Of a DNA stretch of 64,000 nt, positions 1 through 12,816 are shown piece after piece. The DNA is from Dimorphilus gyrociliatus (lineage: Eukaryota > Animalia > Annelida). The notes beneath the pieces were generated by a model that saw only the letters and a list, made by a program, of their open reading frames with translations, ran no database searches and was not told the DNA's origin. The position numbers and the translations under genes are program-made. Each line of letters opens with the position of its first letter. Positions within the stretch are counted from its first letter, which is position 1. The stretch spans positions 833,034 to 897,033 of the forward strand of contig CAJFCJ010000023.1 in the NCBI GenBank assembly GCA_904063045.1, in the 5' to 3' direction.

Positions 1-62
1 AAAAAATTATATATACATACACACACACACATATATAAATATATATATACATATACATATAT

Positions 63-94
<32 letters not shown>

Positions 95-484
95 AAGCCT
101 TTTAAAATATTAGTTTCTTTTCTTTCTCTAGTTAAAATAGCAAAAAAAAATGTTTTTGTAAATATAATAAGCAATAAGAATATAAGCAAATAGAGCGAGC
201 AGTCAGGCGGATAGAAAGAGAAAAAAAAAACGGCACAAAACAAAGCATTTAAATTACCACTTTTTTTTGATTTTTAGCAAAAAACCTTACATTTAAAAAA
301 TAAAAATGAAATATTCATAAATTTTATAAATATTTTCTCGAATTGGTTTCATCATCATCATCCTCATTATGAATTATGAATTATGATTATTATTAAATTT
401 TTAATATTTTCTTCTTTTTTTTTTCTTTTTTCAATTCCCACCACCAATAATTTTTCTATTTCTTTGATTCTTTCTTTGCTTCTT

Positions 485-2257
485 TTACGACGAGTAGATC
501 GTCTTCTGAACGTGCGTCGCCCGATCCTATTTTTGGTGGGGAGAGAAAGAATAAATCAATCAGCGTTCGAATATTATATTATATATTATATATTATATAT
601 ATATATATATTAAGAGAAATAAAAAAAAACCAAATTTAGTGAATGAATATGTGTTGATGAATGATGAAATGTTAAATTTTCCTATTCGGAATAAGATGAT
701 AAGCAGCATTCGCATACATCTACATCTACTCATACAGACGCATGCCCAATTATGCATTGAACATGAACGAAAGAAGAGATAAAGAAATAAAGAGAACTAA
801 ACATAAAAAATTAAAAGAATGAAAGTTTACAAGTTCTATATTTAAATATTTGTTTTTTGCGGGTGTCTGGATTTAGGGTTAGGGTTAGGGTTAGGGTTAA
901 GTGTCGTTCTACAGCAACAGAAAAAAAGAAAAAAAAACCAAATAAATTAGAGAATAAAATAACTCTTCGCTTTCTTTTCTTTTACTTTCTCTTCGTAGAT
1001 TTAAAAGAATATTCATAAATAAACGATCGAAACATAAAGACAGAAGGAAACTCTTAGAAAATTGTGCATAGTAAATTATTTGTTTGTTTGTAGGTTGGTT
1101 GTTTGTTTTGTTTGTTTGCCTGCTTTGCTTGTTTTATTGGTAATTAAATTTTTTTTGCTGGCTACCTCATTCGACATATTGATCAACTTAGTAGTAATAT
1201 TGGCTCCAACTCCGAATGAATCTATGTCAGTCTCGATGTCGTTTGGCCCTCCTCCTGCTCCTCTATGGCCGGCCCAAACCTATTATTGAACAATAATAAA
1301 ACTCTCTCGTCTATTGCTGGCCGCCCCTTTTCTTTGTAGAGGCAATGCAGGGTTTTTTTTTGTTAATGGTTCAAACCTTGGCCTTTTGGGATGGTCTTAG
1401 AGAAAACGATGCAAAAGAGAAATCAATCCTTTTCTTAGGGTCGTTATCGATATTTCTTGTTAAACGCCATCCGCTTAAATCTTCGATCTTCTTGCCGGTG
1501 TTTTCCAGGGCAATGAATCTACCGTCAGCCGAGCATTCTGATATGGCAACTGGTCCCTTTGCGCTTCTTTGATAAGTGGTTTTGGCCGACATTTCTCCTT
1601 TGACCACTTGACTGACTTTTAAGGTGTCTGTAAAGTTAATAGTTCCTCTTTGTCTTTTAAATTATAAATAAGAATTCTTTATATTGTTTCTTATTTTTAC
1701 TTTTTGTTCTTTTATTTTTTGTTTTGGAATTGTTTTTTTTGCTGTTTTTTGCTGGTTTTTTTCACATGTTTTTAAAGCAAATTTAAGTTATCATTTATAG
1801 TTTTGTTGTTTAGTTTAAAAAGGGAATAATCCTAACAAAACAACAACAAAAAAGAAAAATGCACTTAGTAAAACACACCAAAACAAAAAATCATCTTGTC
1901 TTATTAATATCTTTTTCGTTTCTCTAAAATACCTTAGAAGTTACTGTTTTTTGGGTTAAATTAGTTAAAATATATAACTAAAAGTGCTATCTCTTTTACG
2001 GGGTGCCTTCTAGTAGTTGTTCATCTTTAATTGTTTGTTTTTTTTTTGTTTATCACCTTTGTTAAACAAGAAACAACTAAAAAAAAACCATGAGTCTTTT
2101 TTAGTTATTAATTTCTCATTTTTTTTAAAAAAAAATTAAATTAAGACAAAAAAAAAGACCAAAAAATAAAATAAAAAGCATGTTTGTTTTAAAGGATTAA
2201 AGCCATGCAGAAAACTCTTGAAAGAGAGATAGAGAGATTTCAATACACGCATGTAAA

Positions 2258-2310
<53 letters not shown>

Positions 2311-5300
2311 GCGTCCGCATCTCTGAATTAAACATTCAACAATAACGTCATCAATAAGCTCTCTTCATTCTTCAGATTAAAGAAAACTGCTAATATAAAT
2401 ACTTATATATTAGCATATACCATATTGTATACAGTTAACTTTATCTGAAGGCGAATTGAACTTGGTGGTTTTATAACACAGCATTAACCTGCTGGTTGTT
2501 GAGTAGGCTTAGATTCTGTTGGTTTAACATCAGCCTTAGCGATAGAAGAAGTGGAAGTGGAAGATTTTAAAGCCTCTTCCGAAGCCTGACTAATTCCAGT
2601 CAGGGCACCGATCAACTGACTTATATCAGAGCTATGTTGTTGGTGCGATCTTTTGTTAGGCAGCGAAATAAAAAAAAGAAGCGTATGTTAGTAGAGTGAA
2701 GCATTTTTGTTCACATACCATCGTCGTCCATTCTTTGACTCGCTCTGGTTTGCGTGTCAATGAACGATTCAACGACTTGACGAAGACCAACTCTATGAAC
2801 ATTTAATTAATACATTAAATATTATAATTATAGTTTCTTTTAACGCTTTCAATGCTTTTCAATTTTGTATATTATTTTAATTTCAATTCGCCAGATGGCG
2901 AAAGTGAAACCTATCGACTAAAAGGTAGAGCTAGCAGCCTGCATTTTTTTTCTCCCCTTTCTGCTTAATTAATCCGGTTTGGTGCATACGTATTGATATT
3001 TAATCGAGGTTCGCTTGTTGTAATGCAAACGCACGGAATAAATCGACAATAAACTTCTTTTTTATATTGTAGATATGTCCTTGTTATAGGTGGCGTTGGT
3101 GAAATAAAGAATAGAAAAACCTGGCGAAATAGACTGATAGGTAGACGAAGAAGAAGAAGCCCAGATAAAGATTATCTATACTGTATATAGTTTTTCAAAT
3201 TTTTGCGCTGCATTACATCGAAATCGCTAATGAACCGTCGTATAATTAATATAGTTGTAATTAACTATAGACTTTGAAATCTATGATCATCCTAAATGAG
3301 GTTATGCACTCGGTCTTTTCTTCTCTCTTTCTTTCTTTCTTTCTCTCGTCCTTTTTGTTCAAACTTTTGCTGGCTGCCGCCACATAGAAGTACAAATCAA
3401 AGGAGAAGAGAACTAAAAGAAGAGGAGGAACTTTAAGTAAAAGAAAGTCCCCTCTATGCTCTTTCTTTAGATATTAAACTCGTCTTATATAAAATATTTA
3501 TCTTTGGGGATCGCTAGAGAAGGGCAAAATAAATTGACACGTTCCTTCTTCTTCTGCTTCTTCTTCTTTTCCTCTTTTTTTAATTTTCTCCATTTCTCCT
3601 TGTCACCAAAACCGTCCAATACAGAAATAGGGAGATAAATTTAAGACGAAGACGGACAGACGATACAACGAAGAATATATTAAAAAGTATTCCACTAACC
3701 TATTCTCCTCTCCTTCGAGCAGTTTTCTGTAAGCAGCAATCTCCAACTCCAAGCCAAGCTTTGTATCCATAATGTTTTGTAATTCTTTCAGAATGGCTTC
3801 CATTTCTGCTCTTAGTTTGGCAACCTCTTGCTTCAACTCGTCGTTCTCCTGTTGCCATTCTCTCTCCTTCTCCTCGTAATCTCTTCTTAGGCTGTCGCAC
3901 TCCTTCTCTAACATGGCATTTCTTGCTTCCAGATCGGCCAATTTCGACCTCATATCTGACAGTTGTTGCTTCAAGCGTTTCGACTCCTCCTTTGCATGTT
4001 GTGTTTCCATATTTTGACGAGTAGCCCCGGTGCGGAATTCTTGCATCTGTCAAAATTAGAATGAGTTGAAGGGACGAATGGTACATCGTCTATATATAAT
4101 TTCTGCTGTCTCATCAACGCAATTACTGCGTTAATAGAAACGGTAGGACTAGTTTTTATTGCGGCAAAAAAAATCAATAGACGAATTAGATAGACGTAGG
4201 CCTGGTAAAAAGACACCAGCGTCACTGACCTTGAGGTTGTAGTATGTTTCCAACTCTCCGCGCATCAATTCTAATTTCTCGTCGTACGTGTTGGAGATTT
4301 CTCTGAGACATTGGGCCATTTCGTTCTTCCAGAATTCTCTGTTTTCGGCAGTAGTGTCTCTGTAAGCGAGTGCCGCCAGCTCTTTCATTTCCTAGAGATG
4401 ATATATGCAACGTAAATAAACAAAAACAACAATAATAATGATAATAGCATCAATAGGCAAACAAGTGTTTAACTGGCTAAATATCGCTTCTTCTAATTGT
4501 ACATATATAAAGGATTTGCGTATGGGAAAAGGTATATATTGTATATATTAATTAATACAAAATATATTTGAGGTAATTCTCAGTGATCACGTTTCAAAAC
4601 AAGTTATGTCAATAGTATTTTAGAAATGAAACCGTTTGCTTAAAAACATATGTTTCGCAAGCTACTTTATAAATTGCCACTGTGTAAACGTTGCCCTATT
4701 GAAAAAACTATTCATATCGTTTACTTACCTGTTCGTGCACTTGCTTCATGAATTCCAACTCTTCTTCGAGTGTCTGGCGTCTGTTCTCAGCGTCTATATG
4801 ATTTAGAGTTTCATTGTCCAGATCCTGAATAAGTAGGCGAGCAGAGGGGGGTGAAGAAAAAAATGTTTATTTTAATATTTATTTGAATGAAATTAATAGG
4901 GTCCCCGAAGGCTTTTTCCCCTCTTTCTCTCTCTCTCTCTCTCTGTCCCTGCTTGTTAGTCTATAAGAGTGAATTAAATGATTTAATCACTTTGCCAACT
5001 GAAAGGGTTGAATGCGTATAGAGAACCAGCCAACTTGTTCTCAATACGATCAACAACAGTTGAAAAAACTCTAAAGAGTTTTTACTATGTCTATTGCGTC
5101 GTAGACAGAGAGAAAGAAAGGAAAAAAGAGCCAAAAACATAAAAAGGTATCATTTTTCTTACAATTCTGGCTCTGTTCAATGCTTCCGTTAGTCTTTGAA
5201 TCTCTTTCTTGTCTCTTTCGCGATCAGTCTCCAAAGTGTCGACTCTTCTCCTCAAGAGGTTAATTTCGCTCTCGTACTCCGATAATTGTTGGTTAGACCT

Positions 5301-6874
5301 TTCAATTTTTTCCCGATCAACGGCTCTAGCTTGCTGAAGATCTTCGCATCTAGAATTACAAACGACAACCGAATAAGTCTAAACACGTTTCGTAAACGTA
5401 TCATAATTAATTCAAAAGGTCGTTAACTGGTCATAAAATAACCTTCGAAACACTTCTTTTGATGATTTAACAGGGGAATATATATATATATATATATTCT
5501 CTCTATACATCTTTTTATATTAACTATTTGGAAAGAGAATGAATATTCACAATCTTTATTCATTGTTGGCTTTCTTTCATTCATTCATTCTTTCCTTCTC
5601 TCCGTCAGACTGAATACAGACTATAAGTAGGTCTATCAGTCTGTCTATGAGATGATTTATGTACGTGCATTTATGTGCTTATATTTGAATTTGGATTGCA
5701 TAAACCTATTCGAATTTGTGTTGATATTTGTTTGTTTATTTGTTTACTTATCTATCTATCTATTTATTATCGTTTTGTTGTCGTTATATATCTATCTGAT
5801 GTGTTATACGTTGGCTTCCAAAAGGAAAATGTTATTGGGTTTGGTCTATGAAAAGTATTAACAATAGCATTAAATGAATATGGAAGGAGGAGGAGGAGGG
5901 AAAAACGTAATTAAATATAATGATATATAATGGATTGTAGCGAAATTTGATGATGATGATGATGATGAGAAAAAAGTTGTCACATCGAAATTGAAGAGGA
6001 AAGAGGAGAAGAAGGCGAAGGAAAGAGAAAAATTAGATTGATAGAAATGTAGGGGAAATAAAAGTAAAAAGTCAATGAATAAACCATCCAGTTTATTGGA
6101 GATAGCCACTTGGCAGGAAAATAGACCATCAGATGACTTTATATTGCCAACTTCCGGCTATCGATAAAGTAGCCAAGAAGGGGAGGGCCAAGAGTTAAAA
6201 GTCTCTCTTAGAGTGTTAAATAAATATTGATATTTTAAATTGTAGAGTTTGCCGAGTAACCTAATGGTTTTCGAAGTTGGGTGTAAGAATGGAGAAGGGA
6301 ACCGGAATTTTAAAAATAGCCGGCTATATAAGGAATATTGAAAAACTATTCAAATTTAGTCATTCATGCATGCATGCTAGCCGAGAAGATCCGTTCTCTA
6401 TTTGCGTACGGACGCTTCAAACGAACTTATTCAAATTTCTCGCGTTTAAAACAAACAGAATCGGCTTGACGGGGAATAAATCACGTCCGTACCTGACGAC
6501 ACCCAAAATTCACATTTTCATAAGTTCATATTTGGTTAAAAAATTTAAATATTTCTCTTTTTTTCTCTGTTTTTCCCCCCGTCTTTTTTCAACAGTCGCT
6601 CTTTCTTAGAAGAAAAGAAAGATGGTATTTAATAAGAAACTAGGAAAAGTACTTTTCAAATTTTCCTTTTCTTCCTCAGCTTTCTAATCCAATACGTTAA
6701 TCAATTCATAAATGTCACTTAATATACAAATGCAGCCTATAATATATTCCTACATTTCAATATCCTTATTTTTACAGACAGGTATGGTTAAATATAACTA
6801 GACGGACAATTATATATATTGTATATATACAGTAGACATAAAGGTGCATTTATATGTTTGTATGAACATATATA

Positions 6875-6921
<47 letters not shown>

Positions 6922-7764
6922 TATTTACACCAGTCTATCCCTTTTCATTCTACATTGTATATGTTGGTAATTTGTATACAACAAGATTTGGTATGTATGA
7001 TTATCAACTCTAGCTGGTTGTGCATATTGTTCAAGTTGAATATGATACTCTAATTGTAACCCTGAATGACTGAATGAATTTACAAGGTTTAGTGAGGGTG
7101 GCGCTGCTACTAAGTTTTAAATCGAATAAAAAAGGAAGCAGCAAAACATTCTCTAATGGAATGTTTCTGTAGAATGTTGACAAGAATTAAATTCAACTTA
7201 CTTCCTGCGAAGTTCGTCAATCGTCTGCTCCAAACTTGTGCACTTTATCTCCAAAGTGCCCTTTTCCTTCTCCGCCTCGTCCAACAATTTTCTCGCTTCG
7301 TCCAATTCCGCCTGGTACATAGCCTTAATGGCGGCTGTCTCTTTTCCCCACTTATTCTTTAGATTCTCCAATTCTTGGGCGAGTTTTCTGTTTTGTGCTT
7401 CCAAGAATCTAACCTTCTCTATGTAGCTGGCAAATCTTTCGTTCAGGTCTTGCATGTCCTTCTTTTCTCTTTCGCGTGACGTTTTTACATTATCGACTCC
7501 GACGCTCGACATGGCAGCGTAGGCACCGCTCGGTGCACCGTAAGACATGTTCGACGTTGACCTTTCAATCGAATAACCCGAACGACCAGGAGATCTAGCA
7601 GGACCCATCGAAGTTCTCTGGATAATCGTAGTCTTCTTACCCATGAGTGGTCTTCGGCTGGCATCATCGTCTAGAGAAGAGTTTGTTCTCGACTCGTAAG
7701 TTGTCGTACGAACCGTACTTGGGCCCTCGGACGAGGAAAATTCTCTGGTGGCGCGTACACTCAT
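485..7764 (-). CDS. Cytoplasmic intermediate filament protein, protostome type (long coil 1b, C-terminal lamin-tail domain), 611 aa, 9 exons
   Basis: Exons (minus): 7764-7202, 5349-5163, 4824-4729, 4391-4230, 4046-3700, 2792-2719, 1627-1377, 1279-1166, 526-485; 1836 nt, all GT-AG, phases consistent. Rod start EKKDMQDLNERFASYIEKVRFLEAQN; rod end LGLELEIAAYRKLLEGEENR; LTD KTTYQRSAKGPVAISECSADGRFIALEN...VWAG...FGVGANITTKLIN...DRATHVQKTIYSS*. No CaaX or NLS, so not a lamin. Confidence 0.95.
873..899 (+). repeat. Short interstitial telomeric repeat (TTAGGG)4.5
   Basis: Four perfect TTAGGG units plus TTA inside the last IF intron. Confidence 0.85.
2264..2304. repeat. (TA)n microsatellite
   Basis: About 20 TA units seen directly; one of many. 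Confidence 0.95.
2484..2649 (-). CDS. Alternative IF tail exon 6b (mutually exclusive with 2792-2719, or alternative terminal exon)
   Basis: AG acceptor at 2651-2650 is phase 2, matching the exon 5 donor. Open frame SHQQHSSDISQLIGALTGISQASEEALKSSTSTSSIAKADVKPTESKPTQQPA, then either a phase-1 donor CAG|GTTAAT at 2488 (matches exon 7) or read-through GGT TAA (stop 2486-2484). TACTAAC branch point at 2693-2687. Confidence 0.7.
6878..6918. repeat. (TA)n microsatellite preceded by TACTGTA
   Basis: About 20 TA units seen directly in IF intron 1. Confidence 0.95.
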
Positions 7765-8089
7765 TTTTCGCGAACTGAATGAGCGACAAGGCCGCTTCCC
7801 TTTATTCTTCTCACGACACCTGGCGGCCGAATCGACGTATTTCAGACATTGATATTGAATTTGAGCCTATGGCTTAGGTTCTATTGATTTTTTAACGATA
7901 TAAACATTGCTGTTCCCTTTTTCAAGGTTTATTTATTTTTTTCTATAACAGAGCGTCACAAAAACAACAGTTAGTAATTAATAACCTTAACGTTGATAAA
8001 TAATCTGTTAGCTATTGATTTCCTCTGTAAATGATAAATAGACGACTACTATTTTTATACGTAGACAAGCAAGTAGACAGAGCTGGGAT

Positions 8090-8126
<37 letters not shown>

Positions 8127-8739
8127 GGAAGCAGTAGTTTGATTACCCATATATGCATAAGTGTATTATTAAAGAAATGGGCGTCACTGCACTATATCAT
8201 TTGCTTTTGTACAATTACACGGAAGGTTAGAGTTAAGGGTGAAAGGGAAGCGAAAAAATACTTGTAAGCATATAACTGTTATTGAGAAATACTTGATAAT
8301 AGAATGAAATATTGAATAAGTATTTGTCTGAAAGATATTACATAAAAAAAGAAATATCCTTATTAATAAGGGAAATATTATTTTCAAGCTGGGCTCTTTA
8401 ATCGCATGAGCTTTTACAACCTTGCTCGAATTTATTTCTTTTGTCAAACAGTAATAAGACAGACAAAGCTTTCAAAGTATGAAATACGCTTTAAATTGTT
8501 TGCAAAGGACGCGACCCAAAAGCTGGGTTAAAGGGATCTACCGAATAAAGGGTAAACTATAACCAACGAATGGAGGAGACCTTGCACGGTTCAAAAGAGA
8601 ATCTATCTAGAAATAGAATGAAAGGAGAGGGCGTGTGTGAGGGTGTGTGGGAAGGAAGGAGTAGGAATGAAAAAAATGAATATATATTAATAAATGAATA
8701 AACTAATATAAATATAAAGAGAGAAAGACAGAAAGAAAG

Positions 8740-8742
<3 letters not shown>

Positions 8743-8776
<34 letters not shown>
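8743..8776. repeat. (AG)n microsatellite
   Basis: Seen directly. Similar AG tracts at about 11566, 17296, 24908, 37410, 37873, 39055, 54568, 58185 and 60475. Confidence 0.95.
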
Positions 8777-8779
<3 letters not shown>

Positions 8780-9017
8780 AGCTATTTGTTTAGGCGAAAT
8801 AACTTGCGGGGAAATAGCCTGAGAAAATTAAAAAAAAAAAAATTAAAAAAAAAACTTAAAAGGTCTTTGATAAGAGCGTGCTGTTGAATGGGGGTTGAAC
8901 GTATAATTTGGGTAATAATTAATATGGTATATTGTATTTTGAGCCGGCTGGCTTAAGTATATTGTGGAGAAAGCATTAGGATTCTTGCAAAATGAGAGGG
9001 TTAGGGCAGGGGGGTAA

Positions 9018-9050
<33 letters not shown>

Positions 9051-9690
9051 CCCCCACGTTGAATCTGCAAAAAGGGGAAAATTGAAATTGAATTGATTTG
9101 ACGAGTAAATAAGACTACTAATAATTACATGTAAATATGTATTGTAAACAAAGCTAACTGAGAAATGAAGATAAAAGTAAAATTAAAATAAAGTGAATTA
9201 AAATTTGTATAGTTTTACAGGTTGGTGTAAAATATTTCTCAGTCAGATTCTATTTAATCTTTTTATACTGAAAACAAATAGAATTTGCATTTACAATTTC
9301 TTTTTTAAGAAAAAAAAGAAGAACATATTTTTTATTCTTTCCCTCTTTCTTTTATTTTTAGAAATTTTTTAACATCTAAATATAAACTTTATTTATCTTT
9401 TTGTTTTTTTCTCTCTCTATCTCTCTTCCTTCCTGACATTCATTCATCTATCCATCTATCTACCTATCTATCTATCTATTCATTCTTTTATTCGTTCATT
9501 CATTCGTTCATTCATTCATTCAGTAATTCTCTCTTTATTTTCTGATTTTTTATTCAGGTCAAATCCTATAATAACCTAATCAGTCCTATTAGAATTATTA
9601 TTTTTTTTCTCAGACAGCAGGCTCTCCCTCCCTCTAACCGTTTATCTATCTATCCGTTCATCCATCCATGAAGTCAAGGAAACAATTCAC

Positions 9691-9760
9691 TCATTCATTC
9701 ATTCGTTCATTCGTTCATTCGTTCATTCGTTCGTTCGTTCGTTCGTTCGTTCGTTCGTTC
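9691..9760. repeat. Compound (ATTC)n/(ATTCGTTC)n/(GTTC)n microsatellite
   Basis: The tetramer array grades from ATTC to GTTC through an alternating octamer. Confidence 0.9.
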
Positions 9761-11562
9761 AACTCTTTTTCTCTACCCCTAAACCCTCTCCTACTCTTTT
9801 CCCTTTCAACTCATTAAGTTCTGTATTTATTATTTATATTACTTTTCATATATCGCAAACTATTAATTTAGGGAAAAATTTAGTCGATTACAATACGAAA
9901 ACAATTGTTGTCTTCCATTTATAAAAAGGAAAAAATTGATTTTTATAAAAACTCATTTTCACTCTCTCTCTCTCTTTCTCTGCTGGTTTCCTATTTAAGC
10001 CTACACTGTTGCCATCTAGTAAGAAATTTATTATTTTTCTTTTACAACTTTCAAAGCATTGTTAAGAGTTGCTTGTTTAAAATATAGAATTTCGTGTATT
10101 AAAATTTCTTGACAGTTTTTAACTATCGACAATAGATTCTTTCTTACTGTGACGCAATCGGCAGTCGTCAGGTTTTCAGCAATCAGATGAAGGTTAACGG
10201 TTTTAGACGGTTTGCTGGTCTGATTTCGGGACCAGACGTCTAGTGAATATATTATTCAAAGGCCGCGGTGATTTTTTTTGTCTCTTTTTTGCGTTTTCGG
10301 CTTATAGGGAAGAAAGGGAAAGTCTATTAGTTCGACTGCATTTATATTTCTATATAAGTAACTATTTCCTCTCTATATAAATTTATACAGTATATAGAAA
10401 TGTATGTGTTTGTTTGTTTCTGCTTTGCTGTTCGTCCATCTACATCTCTCTTTCTTCCTCCTCCCTCTCCTCCTCTTTCTCTGTCTGTCTATGAGTGGTT
10501 TTGCTTCTTTTTAACTGGCCTTTAGGGATTCGTCATCGAATAAAAATTCTTTAGATCAGTCAGGAATTCACGCGGCCTAAAATTAGACGTCAAATACTAA
10601 TTTACAAAGAAAATATAAATAGGAGATTTAAAACAATTTACCGTGTCCGAGTTCAAATCGTTAATCTTAACTCATCCTACCTATTACGCACATAGAGGAT
10701 AAGCCTTAATTCAGATGCCCAGTCACGTCCTAAAAACCCAAAAAATTTTAATATTCAACACATAGTTCACTAGAATTGAGCTCAAACCGGAAGTCGTTGA
10801 AAAGAAGAAAGGAAAAATAATGGGAAGAAGAAAAAGAAGAAGAAGTACTGATTGATTAATATACTTGTACATATAGTATGAGTGATAATCGAGAGAAGAT
10901 CTTTTTGTAAACGGTTTTAGAATAAAGTGGTGCGATTCAAACAAAAATGAATTGAACGTCTTTTTTTTGTTTTGTTTATTTGTATGCTTTGAATAGATAG
11001 AAATGGAATGTTAATAGTAATAAAGTTGAATGAAATTTGAACTGCTTTAACTTTGATTTTCTTTTGGGAAAAATGCTTTAAATTCCTGTTTTATGTTTTA
11101 TTAGTTTTATTCTTACTATTATTATTATTATTGTTATTATTAAATAACAGGTTTCTTTTACCAAATTTTACGTAAAATTCAATATTGAACTGTACAAATG
11201 ATAAAGAAAGAACGACATAATGGACAAATTTCTTCTCTTCAACTTTTTCTCCTACTATAGTCAATTGTTTGCGTACATTTTATTCATTTTTTTATATGTG
11301 GCTAGAAGAAGGGAATTAGTAGAAGCAGAAGAAAAAAACTGGTTTTTGGGTTAGGGCTAGACGAGGACGACGAAAGGCGGCAATATCAATTAAATTGGCT
11401 AATCAAATAGTAATTTGTTTGTGGGTGGGGGGAAGGGGGAATGTGCGGTTTTTTAAGCTTTCAAAGAACTAGGTAAATTATTGTAGGCAGAGAGAGGGAG
11501 ACAAAAGGGAGAAAGAAGATTAAATGACGGGACGAAGGGACAAGTGGATTAAAGTGAAGAGG

Positions 11563-11603
<41 letters not shown>

Positions 11604-12806
11604 CAAACAAACAAACAAACAAACAAACAAACGAAGGAGGAGCGTGACCGCCTACTTAAGTAAGGTATGCGAGAGAAATCGCCCAAAATAATAATTTTCT
11701 ATGGAAATATTTATATTCGGAATACTTTTTACAGTTTTATTTGCAAAGACTAACAAATGCGTTCTAAAATTTAAATATAGCTAAAATAAACAAGCACAGA
11801 CATGAAGAATTTTTAAAGGTTCAAAAGAATCTAGGATTAATTTTTATAGGTTATTTTTATTAAATCTTAGGAAAAGAGGTTTTAACTAAATTATACTACT
11901 TTTCCCTTTTCATATTATATCTAAAATATCAACAAATAACAATTATAACAATTGCTCCTTTATGTCTTCGATTTCTCTTTACTGACCTATCTTTAAGTTT
12001 TCATTTTTAGTTTTACCCATTCTACCCTTTCTAAGTTGTCTCTTTTTCTTTCTCACATCCAGTGGCAGACAGTTTTTCTCTTTCTATTTCTCCTTTCTTT
12101 ACAGAGAGGGAGAGAGAGAAAGAATAGTTTTCGTAAGCGTTGTAATATTTGTATTGAAATGTTTGAAAACGAGTAAATAAGCGGAATACATAAGGTAATT
12201 AAATAGATGCATTGGGCAATGAGAAAAGTCATTGATGATATAATTACCCTTGTTTCACTTAATAAGGAGAAAGTATTCATTGAAAGTATATTGTTTATAA
12301 GTATTTATTATCTAATAATACTAGAGTAGTAGATAGTAAAAGGACTATTTAACACGAACAGTCTATTTAGTGTGTATAACGTATATATGTAAAAATTGTC
12401 GTTTCTTTTCAAATAAAACTTTATACAAATCATTGCTTAAGCTCTTCATTTAAAAAGCAATAATTATAGATTCGCATTTATATTCAATAGCTCAAACTCG
12501 TCCGTTAATTTACTTGTTAATAATGAGTTAATAGTCGCCTTTTACTAAAAATTTGTCATAAATTCTCAATAAATAAAACAAATCCAATTCAACAAAAGAG
12601 ATTAGATTAGCGGTAGACGCTTTTCTTCTTTTCTATTGTTAATACAGTCTATACAGCTCTTGAATTATAGAGTATATCAATTTATTTTCCATCGTGCATT
12701 ACACTTTACAGTTTTACACATTCTGTGTAAATACATAGAAACAAACATCTCGTTCTTTTCATTCTTTTACAACAGTCATACTCGATTTGGTTCATTTGCC
12801 TGTTGA

Positions 12807-12816
12807 AGCGCCATCT
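12807..12816 (-). promoter_or_regulatory. CTCF-like (or YY1/Pho-like) motif AGATGGCGCT
   Basis: Exact 10-mer, recurrent in the window; function inferred only. Confidence 0.3.

Noticed and set aside
7-613. ORFs 7-243 and 383-613, and most 60-150 aa ORFs rich in F/L/S/I/Y or RE repeats across the window
   Set aside because: They are translations of microsatellites and T-rich or A-rich tracts, or antisense shadows of real exons, with no domains or splice support.
485-7764. Calling the IF gene a nuclear lamin
   Set aside because: It has an LTD and long coil 1b but no NLS or CaaX; the tail motif resembles protostome cytoplasmic IFs.
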